From Longimicrobiales bacterium (GTDB lineage: Bacteria > Gemmatimonadota > Gemmatimonadetes > Longimicrobiales > Gaopeijiaceae), in assembly GCA_965226375.1 (NCBI GenBank), contig CBDDCX010000008.1, forward strand, positions 288,001 to 352,000: a DNA stretch of 64,000 bases, in the 5' to 3' direction. Made by a program: the position numbers and the translations under genes. This document shows, piece after piece, positions 28,904 through 38,546 of the stretch (position 1 is the stretch's first letter; every line of letters begins with the position of its first letter). The notes beneath the pieces are model-generated. The model was not told the origin of the DNA. It saw only the letters and a list, made by a program, of their open reading frames with translations, and did not search any database.

Positions 28904-30280
28904 TTACTGAGCGTCGCGCAACACGTCCAGCATGATGTCGATGCCTGCGTTGAGGTACGACCGAGGAATCGTGAGGGACGGCACCACGCGAATGAGGTTT
29001 CCGTACCGTCCGCACGGCACCATGATCACACCTCGCTGAAGCAGCGCGTCCACGATGGCTCCGGTTCGGTCACGGCTGATCGGTTCGCCGGTCTCCCGGT
29101 TCGCCACGAGTTCGACACCGATCATCAGACCACTACCACGAACGTCACCGATGATCTCCAGATCCTCGGCTGCAGCCCTCAACCGCTGCATGGCCTCTTC
29201 CCCGACCTCGGCCGCTCGCTGAACGAGACCGTCACGCTCGATAATGCCCAGATTGGTCAGGCACACCTCGGCCGAGAGGGCGTTGGCCGCGAAGGACTGC
29301 GGCTGTGAATGGTCGTCGAGCTGCGCGGCCAGGTCCCGGCGCATCAGGACACCGGCCATGGGGAGGTCTCCACCCATGCCCTTGCCGAAGGTCAACATGT
29401 CCGGCTCCACCCCGGCGTGCTCGACCGACCACATCTTCCCGGTACGGCCGGCGCCGGCCTGCACCTCGTCGACGATGAACAATGCACCGTGCTTTTCGCA
29501 GGCGGCCTTGACCGTCTGGACGAACTCCGGGTCCGGAAGCAGGTAGCCCCCCTCACCCTGGAGCGGCTCAATGATCACCGCTGCCACGTCGTCGGCTGCG
29601 GTGTACGGCGTGTTCAGCACGTGGTCGACGTAGCCTGCGCAGGCGATGTCGCAACTGCTGCGTTCCAGACCGAACGGACAGCGATAGCAGTACTGATATG
29701 GCACGTGGATCACGCCCGCCATGAAGGGCCCATAACCGGCCCGGAACTTATCGCCGGTCGTCAGCGAGTTCGCGGCGTGCCAGGTCCCGTGATACCCCCC
29801 GTGGAAGGCGACGATCTGATGCCTTCCCGTGACCCTCTTCGCGAACTTGACAGCGGTCTCCACCGCGCCACTGCCGCTCAGGGTGAAGTAGGCGACGCAG
29901 TTGTCGCGAAGTCCGGGTGGTGCGACCGCAACAAGCTTCTTGGCGAGTTCCCCGCGCTTGGTGTTGCTGATGTCGGATGCGTGCATGAGCACCTTGGACT
30001 GGCGCTCGATCGCCGCGACGACATCGGGATGGACCCGTCCGACGTTGTTGACCGCGACCCCTGCCGACATGTCGATGTAGAGGTTTCCGTCCGGATCGAG
30101 CACCGTCACACCCTTGCCGGTGTCGAAGATCAGCGGGAACCGCCCACCTCCACGGGTCATGGACTCGTAGTTCGGCACCTGCTCGAGCAAGGCTGCGCTC
30201 TTCGGTCCCGGAAGCACATCCGACACGATCTTCGGAGCGCCGGGGAACGACAGTGCCTCGAGCTCCTGTTCTGTGATCAT
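28904..30280 (-). CDS. Class III PLP aminotransferase (GabT-like), copy 2
   Basis: Near-identical paralog of 24662..26038 with scattered substitutions. Confidence 0.92.
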   Translation of the reverse strand: MITEQELEALSFPGAPKIVSDVLPGPKSAALLEQVPNYESMTRGGGRFPLIFDTGKGVTVLDPDGNLYIDMSAGVAVNNVGRVHPDVVAAIERQSKVLMHASDISNTKRGELAKKLVAVAPPGLRDNCVAYFTLSGSGAVETAVKFAKRVTGRHQIVAFHGGYHGTWHAANSLTTGDKFRAGYGPFMAGVIHVPYQYCYRCPFGLERSSCDIACAGYVDHVLNTPYTAADDVAAVIIEPLQGEGGYLLPDPEFVQTVKAACEKHGALFIVDEVQAGAGRTGKMWSVEHAGVEPDMLTFGKGMGGDLPMAGVLMRRDLAAQLDDHSQPQSFAANALSAEVCLTNLGIIERDGLVQRAAEVGEEAMQRLRAAAEDLEIIGDVRGSGLMIGVELVANRETGEPISRDRTGAIVDALLQRGVIMVPCGRYGNLIRVVPSLTIPRSYLNAGIDIMLDVLRDAQ

Positions 30281-30319
30281 ATGTTCTCCTCCTCGTTATG
30301 CGTTGTCCACATCGGGTCC

Positions 30320-31168
30320 TCAGAGCTCCATGAAGTCTTCGCCCAGGACGACCTCTCCGTCGAAATCCCGCTTCGCCTCCTGCGTCCAGACGTCGGCACT
30401 CGGCCCTCCGTCGGTGGGGATCATGTGGGTCAGCACCAGCATGCCCACATCAGCCGTTCTCGCGATCCGGCCGACGTCCGCCGTACGCGTGTGCGAGTTG
30501 ACGAGGTGTGAACGAAGTCCCTCGGGGGCTCCGACGGCCTCGACCAACGAGTCGATGCTCGGTAGGTGCATCACCTCATGCACGAGAATGTCGGCGCCTT
30601 GGGCCAGGGCAATCAGGTCGTCGTTCGGCGTAGTGTCCCCGGAGAAGACGTACGAGCGGTCGGGTGCGTCGATCCGGTACGCGTGAGCGAGCATCGGAGG
30701 ATGGTCGACGAGGCAGGTCGAGATGCGCACGTTCTCGTCCTCGTAGACGGGACCGGCGCCCGAAAGTTCGTGCACGTCGATCAATGCTTCCGGGCCAGGC
30801 CGACCCTCGTCGGCCATCCTCGTTTGCACGTCGACTTCTGCGAAGTCGAGATACGACTCGATCATCTTCCGAATCGGCTTCGGTCCGACGACCCGAACCG
30901 GGGAGGTCAGGCCCGTTCCCCAAGCGAGGATCAAGACCGCGCCGACGTCAGCCACATGGTCGGAGTGGTGGTGGGTCACGGCGACGACACGGAGGCGATT
31001 GATGTCCAGGCCGGCACGCACCAACTGGCGGCCCACTCCGTTTCCCGCATCGACCAGGTAGATGTCGTCGTTCACCACCACGGCGTGCGCCGGTGCCGAC
31101 CGCGCAACCTTGGGCGTCGGCCCCCCGGCCGTTCCGAGCAGCACCAGCCGACTGGCTCCCTCGCTCAC
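30320..31168 (-). CDS. MBL-fold hydrolase (RNase Z/AtsA arylsulfatase-like)
   Basis: LLGTAGGP, VDAG, THHHSDH, FSGDT, VHE, SHT and LTH motifs; GTGA overlap with the upstream gene. Confidence 0.88.
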   Translation of the reverse strand: MSEGASRLVLLGTAGGPTPKVARSAPAHAVVVNDDIYLVDAGNGVGRQLVRAGLDINRLRVVAVTHHHSDHVADVGAVLILAWGTGLTSPVRVVGPKPIRKMIESYLDFAEVDVQTRMADEGRPGPEALIDVHELSGAGPVYEDENVRISTCLVDHPPMLAHAYRIDAPDRSYVFSGDTTPNDDLIALAQGADILVHEVMHLPSIDSLVEAVGAPEGLRSHLVNSHTRTADVGRIARTADVGMLVLTHMIPTDGGPSADVWTQEAKRDFDGEVVLGEDFMEL

Positions 31169-32619
31169 GAAGCCGCGCGGTCGATGATGCTCCACAGTCG
31201 GTCGACGTCCTCGGCGGTCGTCCACGTCGAACCGACCGACACCCGGATGAAGCGCTCCGAGCCGAGGCTCGAACCGATCAGAAAGACGTTGGGCACCGAG
31301 TTGATCGCATCCAGTAACGCGTCGGTGGCCTCGTTCCCCGAACGGTGACGGAAGCACACCACACCGAAGGAGACCGGAGTAGTCAGGGCGAGGTGGTCGT
31401 GCTGTTCGATCCTCCCGGCAACCGTCACTGCGAGACGGATGTATTCCCGGAGGTGGTGCCGGAGCCCCTCGGCGCCATAGCTGCGCAGCACCCACCACAG
31501 CTTGAGCGCCCGGAACCGCCGGCCCAGGGGCACCTGCCAGTCGCGGTAGTCGATCACCCGGCCGGACTCCGAAGCCTGATTCCTCAGATACGGAGGCGTG
31601 ATGGACATGGTGTCGATCAGCGCTGCACGGTCGGCGACCCAGAGAACGTTGCAGTCGAAGTTCGTGAACATCCACTTGTGGGGATTGACCGTGTAGCTGT
31701 CTGCCGACTCGGCGCCGTCCTGGAGGTGCCGAAACTCCGGACAGACCATGACGGATCCGGCATAGGCCGCGTCGACGTGGTGCCACATGCCTTCGTCGCT
31801 CGCAATCTGCGACATCGCGGCGATGGGATCGACCGCCGCAGTCCCTGTCGTACCGAGGACGCTCGTGACGATGAGCGGCGTCAGCCCCGCGTCTCGATCG
31901 GCGGCGATCGCCGCTCGGAGCGGCACCGGGTCGAGACTCCAGTTCTCATCGACGTCGATCGCCCGGAAGTGCTCGATGCCGGCGACGCGTGCCCCCTTCT
32001 CGACGGACGAATGTGCCTGGCCCGAGGCGTAGGCGACGAACTCGGGCCGGGGGGTCTGCCCAGCCATCGCTCGTTCGCGGGCAAGCACATGGACCAGGTG
32101 AGTCGAGTCCGAAGCACTCGTTTGGATGACCCCACCACCCGGACCGGTCCGGTTCCGCCATGCGGCGGGGAGGCCGAGCAGATCCACCAGCCAGTCGGTC
32201 ACCCGACTCTCGATCTCGGTCGCAGCCGGACTCGTCGACCAGAGCATCGCCTGCACCCCAAGGCCCGCGCTCACGAGCTCGCCCAGGATGGAGGGTCCCG
32301 ACGTGGTTGAGGGGCAGTACGCGAACCACCCCGGTGACTGCCAGTGGCTGACACCGGGCATCACGACCTCGTCGAGATCGCGAATCAGGTCCTCGAACGG
32401 CTCGGGCTTCTCCGGGGCCGTCTCCGGGATGGCCGCGGCGATGTCTCCCGGCTCGACGTCCGGCATCACCTGGCGTTCGCCGACCGTCTCCAGGTAACGA
32501 GCCAACCAGTCGACCAGGGCATGGCCATGACGCCGAAACTCGTCGGGGTCCATATGATAGGACCGCTCCGATCCGACGACGTCGTCGGGGCTATCCCGAT
32601 CGGATGAGAGATCAGTCAT
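31165..32619 (-). CDS. Aromatic-L-amino-acid decarboxylase (group II PLP)
   Basis: PGVSHWQSP, SPAATEIE, HVDAAYAG, NPHKW and PLGRRFRALKLW motifs. Confidence 0.92.
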   Translation of the reverse strand: MTDLSSDRDSPDDVVGSERSYHMDPDEFRRHGHALVDWLARYLETVGERQVMPDVEPGDIAAAIPETAPEKPEPFEDLIRDLDEVVMPGVSHWQSPGWFAYCPSTTSGPSILGELVSAGLGVQAMLWSTSPAATEIESRVTDWLVDLLGLPAAWRNRTGPGGGVIQTSASDSTHLVHVLARERAMAGQTPRPEFVAYASGQAHSSVEKGARVAGIEHFRAIDVDENWSLDPVPLRAAIAADRDAGLTPLIVTSVLGTTGTAAVDPIAAMSQIASDEGMWHHVDAAYAGSVMVCPEFRHLQDGAESADSYTVNPHKWMFTNFDCNVLWVADRAALIDTMSITPPYLRNQASESGRVIDYRDWQVPLGRRFRALKLWWVLRSYGAEGLRHHLREYIRLAVTVAGRIEQHDHLALTTPVSFGVVCFRHRSGNEATDALLDAINSVPNVFLIGSSLGSERFIRVSVGSTWTTAEDVDRLWSIIDRAAS

Positions 32620-34942
32620 CGAGGCGCTCCGCCAGCCGGCTGTGTTCCTCGTCGACACGACTTCGAGACGATTTCAGCATCTCACTCAACCGCTCACCCG
32701 GCATGATCGTGACGGAGCGGAGGGCCCCCGAGTAGGCGAACGTCCCCCGCCGCGAACGCAGCTCCCGCGAGACGGGCGATCTCCGGTCGATCCCGACATC
32801 GATCCCCTGGAAGGGGGTGACGCCGGAGAACACGTCGAATTGTGCCGGAACCTCCCGCACCTCGTCCTCGACTGTGATACGCACGGAACACACCCCTTCG
32901 GGTCGAGCGACGAACGCGGTATCGATCCGATCGAGGTGCGGACGGAGGGCACCCATGTCGAAGTCACGCGTCCGACCGCCGTAGTTGTGACAGAAATGCA
33001 GATGGCCATCCTCGACGTAAAGGAGGTAGCCGCCACCCTGATCACCCTGTGCGATCAGAACACCTTCTTCGGTGGGCTGGTATCCGTCCCCGAAATCGAC
33101 TCGCACGTCGAAGGACCGCATCTGGACCAGGATACGGGAGCGATACCTGTCCAGGGTCTGGGCCCCGAACAGGATCTCTACCGGCCGGGATGCTCGACGC
33201 CACGCAGGCGAAAGGGGGTCGTCCAGGCCGCTGTCGTCCGTCAGAGGAAACACCTGCTTCTCCCACGCCGTGTCCTCCCACTCGGCGGCCATCGCGACGG
33301 TGTGCTCGACCTCGACGGAGGACAGGTCCACGATCTGGGTCGGATCCGTGGTGAGGTCGTACAACTCCCAGTCCTCATCCGAGTAGCCGCCCACACCGTC
33401 GTACCGCGCTACGATCTCCCAACCGTCCACGTACATGCCGCGATTGCCGTCCATCTCGTAGTACTGCTTGCGGTGTCGGCTGGTGGCTTCGGGATCATGG
33501 ATGGAGCCGACGAAGCTGAACCCGTCGAGTCCGTCGAGTTGGGGGTCCTCCCCCTTCGCCAGAGCCACCATCGTGGGGAGCACGTCGGTCACGTGCAGGT
33601 ACTGGCGACGCAAGGCGCCCGCGTCGGTAATGCCCGCTGGCCACGATAAGATTGCGGGGACGGTATGCCCTCCCGCATGGGTCTGACGCTTGAACAGCCG
33701 GAATGGTGTGTTGCTCAGCCGGGCCCACCCCCAGTTGTAGGCCGGCTTCGCATAAGCCGAGCCGATCAGATCGATGACGGAGTGGGCGAACTCGGGTGAG
33801 ACCAGGCGCTTGTGCTCGTCGGTCTGCGGGAGCCCGCCGATCCTGGGAGCGCTGAAGTAGTACGGTGATCCCGCTGGGCCTCCTTCCTGGCTCGCCCCGT
33901 TGTCGGAGTGGAACAGGAATACTGTGTTGTCCCACTGGCCCGTCTCTATGAGATGGTCGCGGAGTCGCCCGACACTCCGGTCTATGCTGCTCACCATCGC
34001 GGCATAGACCTCCATGTACCGTGCGTAGACCGACTGTTGCTCGTCGGTGAGAGAATCCCACTCCGGCAGGTCGTAACCCTCTTCCACGCCGGAGGGCAAT
34101 CGAGTCTCCGGAGCAACGATCCCCATCAGCTTCTGTCGCTCAAAACGATCGAGACGCGCCCGGTCCCAACCCATCGCGTAGCGCCCGCGGTGGGGCTCGA
34201 TGTCGGACTCCTTGGCCTCCAAGGGGAAGTGGACGGCCGCGTGCGCGAAGTAGAGGAAGAACGGGCGTGACTGCTCGCCGAGGTGGCGATCACGCAGCAT
34301 CCGCAACGCCTGGTCCGTGAGGTCGTCCGTCAGGTAGTACCCATCGGGGAACTCGTCGACGTGCCTTACCGAGTTGCCGTCGACGAGCTGGTGGGGGTCG
34401 TGTTGACTGGAGAAGCCGTCGAGGATCCCATAGAACTCGTCGAATCCGTTCTGGAGCGGCCAGTTCCGTCGCGGAGCATCGACCGACATGTGGGCTTCCG
34501 GCAAAAGATGCCATTTGCCGACCATGAGCGTCGAGTAGCCCTCGTCACGGAGTCGCTCCGCGATCGTCGGGGCAACCCCCAACTCCATTCTGTAGTTCGG
34601 GTAGCCGGGATCGAAGTGGGTAACGTCGGCATAGCCGGCTAGGTGGTGATCGACGCCCGTCATGAGCGAGGCGCGGGTGGTCGTGCACTTCGGCGTAGAG
34701 TGGAAGTTCGTGAATCGGAGACCCTGGGCGGCGATGGCGTCGAGGTTGGGGGTGGGGATCTCCCCACCGAAGCAACCGACGTCCGAATAGCCCAGGTCGT
34801 CGACCAGCATCAAGATGATGTTCGGGCTTCCCGGCCTCGCCGAGTTCTCTGCAGGCCATGACGGCGTGGACTCGGAAAATGTCCGCCCGATCTCACCGTC
34901 GAAGCCTTCGTAGGCCCGTCTCCGCCCCGGCGACTCGGTCAT
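32612..34942 (-). CDS. Arylsulfatase (formylglycine-dependent) with C-terminal extension
   Basis: PNIILMLVDDLG, CTTTRASLMTG, GKWHL, SDNG and NTPFRLFK motifs; no signal peptide. Confidence 0.9.
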   Translation of the reverse strand: MTESPGRRRAYEGFDGEIGRTFSESTPSWPAENSARPGSPNIILMLVDDLGYSDVGCFGGEIPTPNLDAIAAQGLRFTNFHSTPKCTTTRASLMTGVDHHLAGYADVTHFDPGYPNYRMELGVAPTIAERLRDEGYSTLMVGKWHLLPEAHMSVDAPRRNWPLQNGFDEFYGILDGFSSQHDPHQLVDGNSVRHVDEFPDGYYLTDDLTDQALRMLRDRHLGEQSRPFFLYFAHAAVHFPLEAKESDIEPHRGRYAMGWDRARLDRFERQKLMGIVAPETRLPSGVEEGYDLPEWDSLTDEQQSVYARYMEVYAAMVSSIDRSVGRLRDHLIETGQWDNTVFLFHSDNGASQEGGPAGSPYYFSAPRIGGLPQTDEHKRLVSPEFAHSVIDLIGSAYAKPAYNWGWARLSNTPFRLFKRQTHAGGHTVPAILSWPAGITDAGALRRQYLHVTDVLPTMVALAKGEDPQLDGLDGFSFVGSIHDPEATSRHRKQYYEMDGNRGMYVDGWEIVARYDGVGGYSDEDWELYDLTTDPTQIVDLSSVEVEHTVAMAAEWEDTAWEKQVFPLTDDSGLDDPLSPAWRRASRPVEILFGAQTLDRYRSRILVQMRSFDVRVDFGDGYQPTEEGVLIAQGDQGGGYLLYVEDGHLHFCHNYGGRTRDFDMGALRPHLDRIDTAFVARPEGVCSVRITVEDEVREVPAQFDVFSGVTPFQGIDVGIDRRSPVSRELRSRRGTFAYSGALRSVTIMPGERLSEMLKSSRSRVDEEHSRLAERLDD

Positions 34943-35703
34943 GCGATGACTCTCCGTAGGAAAGCTCGTGACCGCTCTTCCTTCGGGTTCACGAGCACTT
35001 CACCCGGAGGACCGTGCTCGATGATCCGCCCATCGACCATGATCGCCACGGTGTCACACGAGCTGCGCGCAAAGCCGATCTCGTGGGTGACCACCAGCAT
35101 CGTGATGCCACGTCCGCTCAGCTCGGTCATCGTGTCGAGGACCTCGCCGACGAGCTCCGGGTCGAGCGAACTCGTTGGCTCGTCGAGAAGCATCACCTTC
35201 GGGTCCATGGCGAGGGCCCTGGCGATGCCGGCGCGCTGTTGCTGGCCGCCGGAGAGTTCGCTGGGGTAGAAGTCGGCACGGTTCTCGAGAGCGACGGCCC
35301 GAAGGTGCTCCATGGCAACGGCCCTGGCCTCGCCCTTGTCCATGCCCCTGACGTAGACCGGCCCTGCCATCACGTTCTCGATGGCTGTCATATGGGGGAA
35401 CAGGTTGAATGCCTGGAACACCATCCCGATGTCCGCCCGACGCCGAGCGATCTCGCCGTGTCCGAGCTCGAAGAGTTGGTCGCCCTCCCTGCGGTATCCA
35501 ACCGGCTTGCCGTGCACCTCGACGGTCCCTGAGTCGATGGTCTCGAGATGATTGATGCAGCGCAGCAGGGTGCTCTTTCCCGCACCAGACGGACCGATCA
35601 ACCCGAGCGTGGTCCCGGCCTCCACGACGAGTGAGGCGTCGACGAGCACATCGACATCGCCGTACGACTTCGAGACGTTCGCGATCTCGACCGCCGCTAT
35701 CAT
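34939..35703 (-). CDS. Polar amino-acid ABC transporter ATP-binding protein
   Basis: GPSGAGKS, LSGGQQQR and LLDEPTSSLDPELV motifs. Confidence 0.95.
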   Translation of the reverse strand: MIAAVEIANVSKSYGDVDVLVDASLVVEAGTTLGLIGPSGAGKSTLLRCINHLETIDSGTVEVHGKPVGYRREGDQLFELGHGEIARRRADIGMVFQAFNLFPHMTAIENVMAGPVYVRGMDKGEARAVAMEHLRAVALENRADFYPSELSGGQQQRAGIARALAMDPKVMLLDEPTSSLDPELVGEVLDTMTELSGRGITMLVVTHEIGFARSSCDTVAIMVDGRIIEHGPPGEVLVNPKEERSRAFLRRVIA

Positions 35704-36578
35704 GCACCGACCTTTCGAAGGGTCATCCGGAGGGACGAACTGGACGAGCGGTCGTGGCGGTAGCCCCTCGAGAACCGACGTTCGATGAGTCGCTGTCCGG
35801 CGGTCGCGACCAGCACCATCGCCAAGTACCAAATGGACGCGACGGTCAGTAGTTCGATCACCCGCAGATTCGTAGCGGCGATGTTTTGTGCCTTCGTCAA
35901 AAGGTCGCCACCGGCGATCACGAAGACGAGCGAGCTCGCCTTCAACAAGGAGATGAACTCATTGCCCGCCGGAGGGACGATCACACGCATCGCCTGCGGC
36001 AGTACCACGCGGAACATCACCTGACGGCGCTGCATCCCCAGGCTCAGCGCCGCATCCCTCTGTCCATGATCGACGGACGTGAGGCCCGCGCGGACGTTCT
36101 CCGACATGTACGCCGCCTGGTGGAGGCCCAATCCGAGGGTCCCGGCAACGAACGTGGTCATCACATCGTTGGTGTCGAGGGAGAACAGCGTGATGCTCGT
36201 GAACGGGATCGTTAACGCGATCCGCCGGAATAGCAGCGAGAGATTCCCCCAGATCAGGATCTGAACGAGCAGCGGAACGGCCCGGAAAAACGTGACGTAC
36301 GCCCGATTGATAGCGGTGAGGACAGGGTTGCTCGATGTCGCCATGAGGCCCAAAGCGACCCCGAGGACCGTCCCGAGGGCCATCGCGGAGGTCGCGAGCG
36401 TGATCGTCACCCACACCCCGCCGAGGATCACGGGGTGGAACAGGTAATCGCCGATCACCGAGTGGTCGATGAACGGGTTCGAGTAGATCGGCTGGGCCAT
36501 GAGGAAGAAAAGCAGCAGGACTCCAGCCGCCGAAGCCCAGCGCCCGTATCGGCGCGGTTCTGTGACGACGGGGGGCAC
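35700..36578 (-). CDS. Polar amino-acid ABC transporter permease
   Basis: FFRAVPLLVQ, AAYMSENVRAG, GQRDAALSLG and PQAMR motifs. Start codon approximate. Confidence 0.92.
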   Translation of the reverse strand: MPPVVTEPRRYGRWASAAGVLLLFFLMAQPIYSNPFIDHSVIGDYLFHPVILGGVWVTITLATSAMALGTVLGVALGLMATSSNPVLTAINRAYVTFFRAVPLLVQILIWGNLSLLFRRIALTIPFTSITLFSLDTNDVMTTFVAGTLGLGLHQAAYMSENVRAGLTSVDHGQRDAALSLGMQRRQVMFRVVLPQAMRVIVPPAGNEFISLLKASSLVFVIAGGDLLTKAQNIAATNLRVIELLTVASIWYLAMVLVATAGQRLIERRFSRGYRHDRSSSSSLRMTLRKVGA

Positions 36579-36582
36579 CCGG

Positions 36583-37497
36583 CTACTCGACAACGTTGAT
36601 GGGGATCGGGTCGTACAGCCCGTTCGGGTCCACGCCGTACTTCTCCAGGATCTCTGCGGCCGTACCGTTGTCGATGAGTCTTTGCACCGCCGCTTGCACG
36701 GCGTCGCGGAGTTCGTCGTTGCCCTTGAGGAACGCGAACGCATCCGGCTGGACGGTATAGGGTCCCCCAGGTGCCACCTCGAAGACGGTTCCGTTCTCGA
36801 CGGTCGCAGCGACATAGTTCAAGGCAGTCCCGCCACCGAAGGTTGCTGCGGCTTGCCCCGAGCGAACCGCCAGTTGTGAATGGAAAACCGCGGGGAACTC
36901 CTTGATCTCCAACGGATCGGCGCACGATTCGCTGGTCTCGGTCAGGACCCCCACAGAGATGGATCCGGCGAGAACGGCCACGGTGTGGCCGCAGAGCGAC
37001 TCGAGGCTGTCGAAACCGTTCGGGTTGCCAGCCGGCACCAAGATCCTGAGTCCATCCCCCAGGTAGTCCACGAAGTCGAGGACCTCATGGAGTGTTTTCT
37101 TGTCGCTGATGGTGAGGGTTATGTCGATGCTCCCCCTCTGCAAGCCCGGAACCAGCGAAGGGAACGGCATGTCGATGTACTCGATCTCGACCCCCAGCAG
37201 GGCGCCCACAGCATTGGTGAGATCGGTCATGTACCCGGTGAGGGTTACGGCGTCCTCCTCGAGGTACACGGCCGGGGGCACGGACACCGGCCCACCCACC
37301 TTGATGACGCCCGCCTCACGGATGTCGTCGGGAAGCAGCGCGTTGAATTCCCCACTCATCGCATCCGTGGCGGGTGGCGGATCCGTTGCCGCCGGTGGCG
37401 GGTCGTCGCCTCCGCAAGCGGAAACGATCAAAAACACGGCAAGTAGCGCGGCTGGGGCCCAACGAGGAGCTCGGCGAGGGGTCGAACGGCGTCTCAT
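36583..37497 (-). CDS. ABC transporter substrate-binding lipoprotein (family 3)
   Basis: Lipobox VSAC, Pro-rich linker, LLPDDIREAGVIKVG and LDFVDY motifs. Confidence 0.9.
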   Translation of the reverse strand: MRRRSTPRRAPRWAPAALLAVFLIVSACGGDDPPPAATDPPPATDAMSGEFNALLPDDIREAGVIKVGGPVSVPPAVYLEEDAVTLTGYMTDLTNAVGALLGVEIEYIDMPFPSLVPGLQRGSIDITLTISDKKTLHEVLDFVDYLGDGLRILVPAGNPNGFDSLESLCGHTVAVLAGSISVGVLTETSESCADPLEIKEFPAVFHSQLAVRSGQAAATFGGGTALNYVAATVENGTVFEVAPGGPYTVQPDAFAFLKGNDELRDAVQAAVQRLIDNGTAAEILEKYGVDPNGLYDPIPINVVE

Positions 37498-37548
37498 CTT
37501 CAGCTTTGCCTTCCTTTCTCGAGGCCAGCCCTCCAAACCGGGAGGCGC

Positions 37549-37700
37549 CCCTACGATATGGGACAGGAAAGCCCACATGACGGGACATTATTGTGACTCG
37601 CCAATCGGGTTGTCAAGCGAGATGCGGCCTGTTCCGACGGCGGACAGCGCGCGGTTGACGACCGTGCAGAGCCGAGATAATGTCATCCCACTATGCGGTA
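37549..37700. promoter_or_regulatory. Divergent promoter region with three candidate 15-bp operator boxes
   Basis: TTGACA on - (37616-37611) and TTGACG on + (37655-37660), each followed by an AT-rich -10-like element; boxes at 37549-37563, 37571-37585 and 37686-37700. Confidence 0.55.
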
Positions 37701-37721
37701 TATGATTTCTTACCAGTCGGG

Positions 37722-38546
37722 ATGGGCCCTGTGACCACGAACACACCAGCCGAGCCAGTACCACACCCGCTCGACCGTTTCGCCGTCGAGGGGAAGAGCG
37801 CCGTCATCACGGGCGCCTCGGGAGCACTGGGGGCCGGCATCGCCGAGACCCTCGGGGCGATGGGCGCGAAGCTCACTCTCGCCTCTGGCAGCGCCGAGCC
37901 GCTTGCCGACCTCGCCCGACGGATCACACAGGCCGGTGGCGAGGCACAGACCATCAACCGTCGACCCGATGGCATCGAGGACGCCGACGCCATCGTCCAG
38001 CGAAGCGTAGAGGCATTCGGATCCGTCGACCTCCTCGTCGTCGCATCCGGGTTCAACCAGGCCGGCTTCATCCACGAGCAGGATCTAGCGGACTGGGAAC
38101 AGGTCATGGATGCCAACGTCCGCGGGGCGTGGCTGATGGCCCAGGCGTTCGGCAAGCACGCCCTTGAACAGGGAACCGGCGGCAAAGTCCTGCTCATCTC
38201 ATCGGTGCGCGGTCGTCACGGCAACTACTCCGGCTACACGGCCTACTGCACCTCGAAGGGCGCCACGGACGCTCTGACGCGTTCGCTGGCGACGGAGTGG
38301 GCGCAGTACGGCATCACGGTCAACGCGATCGCACCGACGGTGTTCCGGTCGGGACTGACCGCGTGGATGTTCGGCGATAGCGAGCTCGGTCGCGCCACGA
38401 GGGAACGGAGCCTGGCGCGCATCCCGCTGCGCCGGCTCGGTGAAGTCGACGACCTCCTCGGTATGGCCATCTACCTGCTCTCTCCCGCCTCGGATTTCTG
38501 CACCGGTCAGGTCATGTACGTCGACGGCGGCTACACCGCGGGATGA
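37722..38546 (+). CDS. SDR family oxidoreductase (candidate phloroglucinol-reductase-like)
   Basis: TGASGALG, SS and YCTSK (YxxxK) motifs; VNAIAP; VDGG. Confidence 0.9.
   Translation: MGPVTTNTPAEPVPHPLDRFAVEGKSAVITGASGALGAGIAETLGAMGAKLTLASGSAEPLADLARRITQAGGEAQTINRRPDGIEDADAIVQRSVEAFGSVDLLVVASGFNQAGFIHEQDLADWEQVMDANVRGAWLMAQAFGKHALEQGTGGKVLLISSVRGRHGNYSGYTAYCTSKGATDALTRSLATEWAQYGITVNAIAPTVFRSGLTAWMFGDSELGRATRERSLARIPLRRLGEVDDLLGMAIYLLSPASDFCTGQVMYVDGGYTAG

Noticed and set aside
30320..31786. 488-aa ORF as a two-domain protein
   Set aside because: The first 206 codons are an off-frame overlap with the decarboxylase; the MBL gene starts at the GTG at 31168.
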